From: Gekko japonicus
Lineage: Eukaryota
DNA: 59,958 nucleotides
Direction of reading: 5' to 3'
NCBI RefSeq assembly: GCF_001447785.1
Contig: NW_015165871.1
Coordinates: 1 to 59,958, forward strand
Below, piece by piece: positions 51,701 to 59,958 of this stretch; position 1 is the stretch's first letter; every line of letters begins with the position of its first letter. Both the position numbers and the translations under genes were made by a program. The notes beneath the pieces are model-generated. The model saw only the letters and a program-made list of their open reading frames with translations, had not been told where the DNA came from and made no database searches.

Positions 51701-54700
51701 GGCAGCCAGGCTGGCTCAACGCTTCCCTAGCAGGGCGGGGGGCGGGGTGTGTGCGGAGGGGGCCCTGGACATTCTGTCCTGCCTCGGGTGCCGTCACCGG
51801 GTTGTCATGGGATGCCTGGAACCTGTGCGGAACATGTTTGCAGGGAAGCTAAACCATCGGGAGCCAGTGGGGCGTATTTGGTTAGAGAAGAAGAGGAGGA
51901 GATTGGATTTATACCCCACCAAAGGCGTCTCAGAGCGGCTCACAAACTCCTTTCCCTTCCCCTCCCCACAACAGACACCCTCCTGTGAGGGAGGCGGGGC
52001 AGCTGACGTTGTGAGACTGGGCGGGGGCCCTCGGGCACACCTGGCTCCTGGAGTGTAGCCGTAAAGGCCATAGACGCCCCCCCCCCATATGCAACGCTGC
52101 CGTGTCCGCAGGGCTCCTTTTACATCCTCATCGTGTTTGTACTTGTGACTTAGGGTTGCTGTAAGGGCAACTGAAGAGGTGGGAATGGCTTTTTCCGGGG
52201 GGGGGGGGGGCATCCCTCACAACAGTCAGGTTTCCCCGACCAGCTTGTGTGATGGACCGTGAGGCAAACTGCCTCAGCCTGCCAGGCCCAACCCGCCGTG
52301 GCTTTTTCTCCCGACCCCGAGTGACTCTCTGAGAGCACCTAACGAAAGCCAGTGCGGTGTCAAACGAAGGTCTGGGAGACCCGGGTTCGAATGCCTGCTC
52401 TGCTGCAGAAGCCGGCTGGGTGACCTTGGGCCTGTCACACCCTCTCTGCCGAGCCTACCTCGCAGGGTTGGTTGTGAGGAGAAAACGGAAGGGAGCATGG
52501 CAGCACTTGATGACTTCAGCACCTTCCTTGGCTGGCCGTGCGCCTTCTCTGGAGCCTGTCAGTCCAGGCACTCCTCCGCTGTCCGTGAACTCTGGGGGCT
52601 GAAGGGCACTTTAGTCTTGGACAGTTAACCAAAACGGTTACAGGAAAGCTAGATTAATTGCCTTTTAATAGAGATGAAGGGTTAAATTTGACCTGGTTCT
52701 CTTTGTTTAAAAAAGATAACAAGGACATATCAGAGGTATCGCATATGCACCTGCACCTCAGGTACTTAAGAACTAATCACTTACCTAGATAGGAATCACA
52801 TGGCTAAGACAGAAGAGATTAAGAGGGCGGTGAGTGACACGTTTCTATCATCATGCGCTGCCATGATAAGCAAATCAGATTTCCCACATGGATGGACCAA
52901 TATACGAGCTGAGCGAGCGGGTGTGTGTGTGTGTGTGTCTGAGTGACACAGACTCGGGCTTATTTGATACGCCTGTGCTTCTCACAGTCCTACTTAACAA
53001 AGAGAAGTAATCCCCCCTCCCAAGAGTGTGTGGCCTGGGAAGCTTCCACAGGCAAGCCAAGCCTTGGGGATGTTTGACACCCACCCACCCCTGCTCCCCC
53101 GTTTGCCAAGAGAGGCCTCTTCCAAAAGACCAGACTTTGCCTCTGCAAGAGAAGATCAAGGATTGGGGGGTGGGGGGTGGAAGCAGAAGAGAGTAGAGGG
53201 AAGCCCCCCCGCCCCGCCCCGGCCCACCCTTTGGTGGGGCTGAGGGGGAGGGGGTCTGTCTGGGCAGCTGGCTGGACTACTTGGAGGTGACGCAAGAGGC
53301 TCTGGGCCCCGTTCTAGTGCTGGAGCACCTCTGACTGGCCGACTGCTGCCCTTCCTCCGGGGCAGAAAAGACCTGGCCCCACTGCAGCAGCCCACTCCTC
53401 AGCAACATCTGGATGAGATCACTTGCAACGCGCACTCTGCCTGGGGCTGCCCCCGAGGCACGCCTGGAAATGTCAACCGGTGCCAAAGGGCGGTAGGGAC
53501 CACATTGCTCCTGTCTTGGCCTGTCTGCACTGGTGTCAGCTCTGCTGCCATGGGGGTTGGGGAGTTCATTCCGTGTCTTGTTAATTGCTATTGCCTTCCT
53601 ATCCCCGCTGTTCTGCCTGTGCTGAAACGCTTATCTCTACAGATGTGCAGGAGAAGGCTGTATTGGAGGAAGTTGACAGATTGCTCGCATCGGTGCACCC
53701 AACCACATGCAACCTTGATCCGTGCCCCTCCTGGCTCATTAAAGCGGGTCATGAGGGGTTGCGAGGTGCTCTCAGGGAGATTGTCAACACATCACTTTTG
53801 GAGGGGCGGTTCCCAGAGGCACTTAAGGAAGCGATGGTCGGTCCACCCTCTCCTGAAAAAACCTTCTTTGGACCCGGCTGAATTGGCCAACTATCAGCCG
53901 GTGTCCAATTTGCCCTATTTGGGCAAACTCATTGAGAGGGCGGTGGCGGTACAGTTGCAGGGCTTTCTGGATGACGCTTCCGTCCTAGATCCCTTCCAGC
54001 CCAGCTTCCGCCCGGGGCATGGGACAGAGACAGTACTGGTCGTTCTTACTGACGACCTCCAACGGCATCTGGATCGAGGCGGTGTGGCGCCGCCGTTGTT
54101 GTTAGATCTGTCGGCCGCGTTCGATATGGTCGACCATCAGCTGCTGACCCACCGCCTCGCTGACGTGGGGATTCAGGGGCTCGCCCTTCAATCGCTTGCC
54201 TCTTTTCTCCGTGGTCGGGGACAAAGGGTGGCGATAAAGGAACAGCAGTCCCGGAGACACCCTCTTGAATGTGGGGTGCCTCAAGGGGCAGTTCTGTCTC
54301 CGATGTTATTTAACATCTACATGCGCCCCCTTGCCCAGATTGCCCGGAGGTTTGGGCTCGGGTGTCATCAATATGCGGATGACACCCAGCTCTATCTGAT
54401 GTTGGGTGGCCGGTCAGGCTCTAGTTCAGAAGATCTGCACTGGGCGTTGCAGGCCATGGCTGGTTGGCTCCGACTGAGTCGGCTGAAGTTAAACCCGGCG
54501 AAGACGGAGGTCCTGGGCCTAAGTCGGGGTGGTCTGGGGTTGGGGCTCCCTCTCCCAACCTTCAATGGGGTGCCTCTGGTGCCAGCGCCGGAGGTTAGGT
54601 GTTTGGGAGTGCTCCTGGACTCCTCGTTAACTATGGAGGCCCAGGTGGCAGCCACGGCTAAGTCGGACTTTTACCATCTTCGGCTGGCTCGGCAGTTGGT

Positions 54701-57584
54701 TCCCTTCATCGACCGTGATGACCTGGCCACAGTGATCCACGCGACGGTCACCTCGAGGCTAGACTACTGCAATGCTCTCTACATGGGGCTGCCTCTGTCG
54801 CAAATCCGGAAGCTGCAGCTGGTGCAGAATGCTGCGGCCAGGCTGCTGATGGGTCTTCCTAGTAGGGACCACATCCAGCCTGTGCTGAAAGCGTTGCACT
54901 GGCTGCCGATAGCGTACCGGATTCGCTTCAAAGTGCTGGTTCTTACCTTTAAAGCCCTAAATGGCCGGGGTCCAGCATACCTAAGGGACCGCCTTTCCCC
55001 ACGAGCACTACGGTCTGGGACGCAACACCTCCTGGCTATGCCAGGTCCTAAGGAGGCCAGGCTGGCTGCTACCAGGGCCAGAGCCTTTTCGGTGGCGGCT
55101 CCTACCTGGTAGAACGAGTTCCCGGAGGAGATCCGGGCCCTGCGGGACCTCGCACAGTTCCGCAGGCCCTGCAAGACGGAGCTCTTCCGCCAGGTGTTTG
55201 AGTAGGAGCCGTCACTACTGTACCATCATTATAATCTGGCCCTGGAAGAAAGATCGATAGTGCTAAGCGGAACAGATGGCACTGAGTGGATAAAACAGCA
55301 TTAATATGCCATCTTTATGGTAATTTAATTTGAACATCGAGAGCACTTAATAATGTCGAAATATGTTGATTGATTTTAAATGTTTTTAATAGTTTTATGT
55401 GAGGCTTGTGCCTGATTGTGAGCCGTCCTGAGCCTGCGCAGCAGGGAGGGAGGGCTATAAACCGAATTTATAAATAAATAAATAAATAAATAAATATTGT
55501 CTGGAGGTCTCCTAGGTACCGTGAGAGACTCCTGGTTCCCAGCTTTCACCACTGAACGGTTTCCTAACTTATCCCGTGCGCGGGAGGGTGCCTAATTGGC
55601 CCATGCCATGGGGGGGGGTGCATACGAAAACCCTATATCCTATTAGGCTCTATGGGTTGCCGCCATTCTTAACAGTGCCTGTCTTACTGCATCTATAGCT
55701 TTGCAATAAAAGTATAACCGTTCCTGAATGCGTGTGCTTCGTTGTGAGCTGTGGGTTCTGACATTCTGTTAAGAATGGCGGCAACCAATAGAGTCTAATA
55801 GGATATAGGGTATTCGTATGTACCCCCCCCCCCATGGCATGGGCCAATTAGGAAACTGTTAGGTGGCTAAAGCTGGGAATAACAAGTGATAAACTAACAC
55901 ATAAGCTTAGAAAGGCAGGATCTCACAAAGTATATTGTTTATTAACAGGGTTTTTTCCCATTACTAACTGGAGTCTAACAGGGTAAATCTCCTACTCGGG
56001 TTTTTAGTTTAGTGTGGGTTACTTTTCTTTCTCCTTAGTTGTAGTTCCCCTTCCCTTCTTTTCTTTGTAGTTTATATAGTATTATAAAAAATAAAAAAAA
56101 ACCTCTCCGGGGGTCTTAAAAAAAAAAAGGAGTTCCCGGATAAACCGGGAGATCTCCTGGAATGACCGGGACACCTCCCGGGTTGGTTGAGAGGGCAGTC
56201 TGTCAGCTATGCTGCCATGGGGGTTGGGGAGTTCATTCTGTGTCTTGTTAATTGCTATTGCATTCCTACCCCTGCTGTTCTGCCTTTGCTGAAATGCTTA
56301 TCTTGACAGATGTGCAGGAGGAGGGTGTGTTGTCTGGAGGTTTCCTACGTACCGTGAGAGACTCCTGGTTCCCAGCTTTAGCCACCTAACGGTTTCCTAA
56401 TTGGCCGATGCCATGGGGGGGTGCTTACGAATACCCTATATCCTATTAGGCTCTATGGGTTGCCGCCATTCTTAACAGTGCCTGTGTTTAACAGTGCCTG
56501 TGTTACTGCAGCTATAGCTTTGCAATAAAAATATAAGCGTTCCTGAATGCGTGTACTTCGTTGTTAGCTGTGGGTTCTGACAAATGGCTGCCAGTTCAAG
56601 GTGCTGATGCTGATGGGGAGCCAAGACACCTGGCGGACTGCCCCACTCCCTCCCCAGCCTCCCGAGCCCCCCCCCCAAAGGAGCTCCTGCCCAGGCCTCT
56701 TGAGCCCCTGGAAGGGCCGGCCTCTGACCTCCCCTCCCAGCTCCGGCTGTGGCCCACGTCCCTGGGGAGACCCACCTCAATCACATTGGAGTCCACAAAG
56801 CCAGCGATGCGCTCGTCCTTGCAGATGACACCGGCGTCTTCCTCGTGGGAACAGTCACTGTTGCCCCAGCCCCGCGAGCGGCAGTCCATGACACTCTTCT
56901 CGCTCCCGCCACAGCTCAGGTTGCCAGCCAGATGCGCCCTGTGGGGGGGGGGGAGAGAAGGACATCCAAGTCCCTGGGCTAACTTCCGGCCAGAGAGGGC
57001 TGGGGGCCTGGCCTTACCTGGGAGACTGGTCACCGGGGGGAGGGGGGCTGTGGTCTCTCAGGGGTCAAGGGAAAGGCACTCTGTGCACCCCTGAAGGGGT
57101 TCCTCCTTTGTCTGTACTTTGGATGGCCTTTGGGCCCTGAGGCTAGACTGGGGAGGGGAGGGCCTCCTCCGTGGGCGGCAGCTGCCTCTGCCCTTGACCC
57201 ACCCGGCCCCCCGCCAGGGCTCTCGCCAGGGCCCCCCCCCGCCCCGCAGCAGCAACCTACCCAGCTGAACTCACCGGAGCCTTTGCCGTACTTTGCACTG
57301 TGGGTCCAGCCGGTGGCAGCAACAAAGCCCAGGTGGCGGCAGAGGACGTGGGCGTTGGCCAGGGTGAAGTCATCGTCGCAGATGGTGCCCCACTCTTGGT
57401 TGTAGAAGACCTCGATGCGCCCCTCGTTGTGCTTGCGGGGGTAGCCTGCCAGCCGGAACTGCAGCGGGGCCCCCTCCCGGCTCGGCCTCGTGGGTGTCGG
57501 GGGGCTCGGCTCGGCAGGACTCACCCACAGACAGATGCCGCAAAGGAGACCGAGCAGCTCCCACCACTCCCGAGGGATGCCCAT
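39643..57584 (-). CDS. LOXL3: Lysyl oxidase-like 3 (signal peptide, four SRCR domains, catalytic domain); assembled sequence has a frameshift in exon 3 and lacks exon 13
   Basis: [21 protein letters not shown]1, copper-binding [14 protein letters not shown] residues (GHKASFC; [10 protein letters not shown]), C-terminus [24 protein letters not shown]; tail-to-tail with HTRA2. Confidence 0.95.
40182..40318 (-). CDS. LOXL3: LOXL3 exon 12
   Basis: [45 protein letters not shown]. Confidence 0.95.
40565..40680 (-). CDS. LOXL3: LOXL3 exon 11
   Basis: [38 protein letters not shown]. Confidence 0.95.
40840..41083 (-). CDS. LOXL3: LOXL3 exon 10
   Basis: [34 protein letters not shown]...WVWHECH. Confidence 0.95.
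41321..41480 (-). CDS. LOXL3: LOXL3 exon 9
   Basis: [30 protein letters not shown]...FAAGVICSE. Confidence 0.92.
41732..41887 (-). CDS. LOXL3: LOXL3 exon 8b (SRCR4 N-half, version B)
   Basis: CAG|[52 protein letters not shown]|GTAGGT; 156 bp. Confidence 0.87.
42155..42331 (-). CDS. LOXL3: LOXL3 exon 8a (SRCR4 N-half, version A)
   Basis: CAG|[59 protein letters not shown]|GTAGGT; 177 bp. Confidence 0.85.
42617..42860 (-). mobile_element. tRNA-derived SINE (Squam3-like)
   Basis: Shared acagacaccctgtgagg...ggggctgagagagctct body and tRNA-like head near 42790-42855. Confidence 0.7.
44586..44740 (-). CDS. LOXL3: LOXL3 exon 7
   Basis: [22 protein letters not shown]...[16 protein letters not shown]. 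Confidence 0.93.
44883..44925. repeat. (CA)n microsatellite
   Basis: Two CA runs separated by gtct. Confidence 0.9.
45280..45460 (-). CDS. LOXL3: LOXL3 exon 6
   Basis: [32 protein letters not shown]...GARMGQ. Confidence 0.93.
45552..45954. mobile_element. hAT-type MITE with a tandem duplicated 191-bp unit
   Basis: Termini caaggctccctctgagctg / cagcttagagggaaccctg; 45573-45763 repeated at 45764-45954. Confidence 0.8.
45979..46207 (-). CDS. LOXL3: LOXL3 exon 5
   Basis: [27 protein letters not shown]...[27 protein letters not shown]. Confidence 0.9.
46665..46724 (-). CDS. LOXL3: LOXL3 candidate basic cassette exon 4b
   Basis: CTCTTCTGTTTTCCAG|60 bp|GTAACG; phase 2-2; [19 protein letters not shown]. 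Confidence 0.68.
48797..48862 (-). CDS. LOXL3: LOXL3 candidate basic cassette exon 4a
   Basis: CTCCCCAG|66 bp|GTAATG; phase 2-2; [21 protein letters not shown]. Confidence 0.7.
49745..49956 (-). CDS. LOXL3: LOXL3 exon 4
   Basis: [13 protein letters not shown]...[18 protein letters not shown]. Confidence 0.92.
51885..51995 (-). mobile_element. SINE fragment (Squam3-like 3' end)
   Basis: gaagaagaggaggagattggatttataccc...acagacaccc. Confidence 0.65.
53534..56582 (+). mobile_element. Small non-autonomous LTR element (two ~380-bp LTRs, ~440-bp internal region); first LTR split by L2
   Basis: LTR1 = 53534-~53663 plus ~55495-55763, LTR2 = 56201-56582; both TGTCAG...CTGACA with AATAAA; flanks ACTGG/AATGG. 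Confidence 0.7.
53664..55494 (+). mobile_element. L2-clade LINE, 5'-truncated, with largely open RT ORF and (TAAA)n tail
   Basis: [59 protein letters not shown] motifs; one frameshift at ~53845 and a stop at 55110. Confidence 0.92.
56776..56938 (-). CDS. LOXL3: LOXL3 exon 3 (1-bp deletion)
   Basis: GRIWL[D][49 protein letters not shown]. Confidence 0.9.
57275..57584 (-). CDS. LOXL3: LOXL3 exon 2 (ATG, signal peptide, SRCR1 start)
   Basis: [24 protein letters not shown]...[11 protein letters not shown]; acceptor at 57603-57604. Confidence 0.92.
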
Positions 57585-58867
57585 CGTTCCCAAGGCCTGG
57601 ACCTGGAGGGGAAAGGAGGGGGCCTCAGGAGGCGGCCCTGCCTGAACAGCCCTCGCTCCCCTCCTCCCACATGGGCTCCCCCCCCCCCCCTGCCGCAGAG
57701 TGACCCAAATAGAAAAGAAGAATGCAGGGTGGTGTGCTAGTAACGCATCGCTGGCTACTGTGTTTAAATCCCCCCCCCGTCCCTGCTGACAAGCATGCGG
57801 AAAAGGCAGCGGCGGGGGGGGGGCAGGACGGAGGCCTCCCTCCTGGGGGACGCTCTCAGACACCTTGTGGAAATGATCCAGGGGCATTATGTTCGTGGCC
57901 TTCCCACGGTGCACTTAGTCAGCACCATTCTTTTCAATAAAGTGGTCGGCTTTCTCAAAGATGGCCGACGGAGGTTTCGGGAATGCCTCCGTCAGCTCCT
58001 TCTGAAGGGGCTCCGCCCGCTGAGCCAGCCACACTGCCGCCTTCGTCGGGAACCAGCCAGCGGCCTCCCAGGCCCTCCGTGCGAGGCGGGTCCCTCGGTG
58101 CCTCCGCAAAGGGACCCTGAGCCGGCAGGGCCCTCAAGCCTGGGGGGGCCCTCCAGTGCGGACCGCCCCTCAGCCAGACTGCACGCTTGGCGGCCCCGGG
58201 CCTCCCCTCTGCAGAGGAGAGATCCATGAGTCCTTACAGGATCTGGGCCACACCGCTCCTCCTGAGGAGAGGAGCTGACAGGGGAGGGGACCCAGCCTCG
58301 CGTGCCAGGAACACCCTATATATGTCTGTGGTGAGGCTGGAACCAGCGTGTGTGTGTGGGGGGTCACCTGGTCTTGCCGAGCAGCCCACCCAGTGCCTGA
58401 CCCTTGGCCTGTGGCCCTTGAATGACCGCTGTGGCCAGGGGCTTGCCTCCCGCCCGGTGAGCAGAGCAGCCTTTGAGCCTGGGGCTCCTGCCCAGCCCCG
58501 AAATGGACGGACTCAGTGGAGTCTCGGGGCTTTCAGGTGCGCTTCATGGTTGACTGGCTTTCCCTGGATCAGGACCGCTCCCTTTTCTGACCTGTGTTTG
58601 CAACGCCGGTTTTGACATTACTTTGCTGCAGTCGTTTCCATTGTCATTCTCACTCCCTCAGCCAGGGAAGGGACTGCCATGCAGGCCAGAGAGACCCTTT
58701 GGGAGGCAGAGGGAGAGCGCGCCCCTGGGTTTTGCAGCTCTGCTCAAAGGGGATGCTTCTGACACACACATAGACACACACACACACACACCCCGCCGAG
58801 GGCATTTGCTCTGGGCCAGCCAGGCCTGACCAAAGAGCTCCCTTCCTCTCCTCGGGGCTTCTGCCCA

Positions 58868-59262
58868 CTCCATGTTTGGCCTGGGAAAGAGAAGGCTCAG
58901 AGGGGACACGATTGCAGTCTACAAGTATCTGAAGGGCCGTCATGTGGAAGATGGAGCAGATCTATTCTCTCTTGCTCCGGATTGCAAGACCAGATCTCAT
59001 GGGTGGGAATTACAAAGGAGTCGTTACCGGCTAAATATCAGGAGAAACTTCCTAACTGTGAGAGTGGTTGAGCAGTGGAACAGTCTGCCTCGGGAGGTGG
59101 CGGAGACTCCTTCGCTGGATGTTTCCAAGCGGAGGCTGGGCAGCCCTGTTTCGGGTACGTTGTGGGGCTCTCTTTCGGCTCTGCTCCTGCAGAGTGCTGG
59201 GGGCTGGACTAGATGACCTGGGAAGGTCCCTTCCAAGTCTAACATTCTATGATTCTATGATG
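58868..59262 (+). mobile_element. CR1 LINE 3' end
   Basis: MFGLGKRRLRGDTIAVYKYLKG...QWNSLPREV; (ATTCTATG)n tail. Confidence 0.9.
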
Positions 59263-59292
59263 TGTGTCTGGGGCTGACCCAGATGTCCAGCA

Positions 59293-59552
59293 GGAGCTGG
59301 TCCAGGGGGTGCAGTGGCCAGCTCTGCTGCAGACGGCAGCAGCTCCCCGAAACCTTAAGAAAGGTTTGGAACTCGCCTCCCTTCAGCCAAGGAGTCGTTC
59401 CAGCTGCAGGGCCCCCCCCCCCGGAGCTGGTCCAGGGGGTGCAGTGGCCAGCTCTGCTGCAGGCGGCAGCAGCTCCCCGAAACCTTAAGAAAGGTTTGGA
59501 ACTCGCCTCCCTTCAGCCAAGGAGTCGTTCCAGCTGCAGGGCCCCCCCCCCC
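59293..59552. repeat. Tandem duplication of a 130-bp unit
   Basis: 59293-59422 and 59423-59552 differ at one position seen (agacgg vs aggcgg). Confidence 0.9.
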
Positions 59553-59958
59553 AACACTGCCTTACCCCACCTAGCAGTTGAGCTCACCCGGCATACTGGC
59601 GGGGCTGGCCCTGCCTGGGCCTCCCTCCCCCAGAACCAGGGGGCTGCCAGCTCCAGGTCGGGAAATGCCTGGAGATTCTGAGGGTGGGGTTTGGGAGGGG
59701 GAGGGGCTTCGGCGTGGGGCCATGTCCACAGACTCCACCTTCCCAAGGGGCCGTTTCCTCCTGGGGGGGGTCTGTTGTCTGCCAACGAGGGATCAGCTGC
59801 ACCAGCAGGAGATCTCCGGCCGCCACCGGGAGGTTGGCAATTCCACCAGAACCTGAAAGCGGAGGTGCCCGGCATGCAGATCCGGGGGTTGGCTAGGGGG
59901 CCGTGCCCCCGCCGCAGGTGCCCAGCAGGGTGGCGGGGGGGGGCTTCCCGGGGTCAGA

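Noticed and set aside
53505-55112. 535-aa ORF as a host gene
   Set aside because: L2 reverse transcriptase fused to out-of-frame LTR-derived sequence
39643-57584. Calling LOXL3 a pseudogene
   Set aside because: Only two lesions in an error-prone draft region; the other exons, splice sites and catalytic residues are conserved

Overview
GC-rich vertebrate genomic window with many N gaps. The repeat content (tRNA-derived Squam3-like SINEs, CR1 with (TTCTTATG)n and (ATTCTATG)n tails, young L2, Penelope-like pieces) suggests a squamate, probably a gecko. It holds the block syntenic with human 2p13: DQX1 (-), AUP1 (-), HTRA2 (+, head-to-head with AUP1) and LOXL3 (-). Upstream lie the last two exons of a type IV (neurofilament/alpha-internexin-like) intermediate filament gene (+) with a tail of only about 12 aa. 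The most interesting signals are in LOXL3. It has two tandem homologous phase-0 exons for the N-terminal half of SRCR4 (candidate mutually exclusive exons, flanked by CUG/YGCY and UGCAUG motifs). It also has two frame-preserving Arg/Lys-rich cassette exons inside SRCR2, one carrying a furin-type RFKR site. Several coding lesions may be assembly errors rather than biology: a CR1 replacing part of DQX1 exon 9, a missing LOXL3 exon 13, a 1-bp LOXL3 exon 3 frameshift and a damaged AUP1 exon 10 acceptor. A small two-LTR element with a nested L2 and an internal inverted LTR segment sits in LOXL3 intron 3. Exon numbers follow my recollection of the human genes, and coordinates were read by hand.
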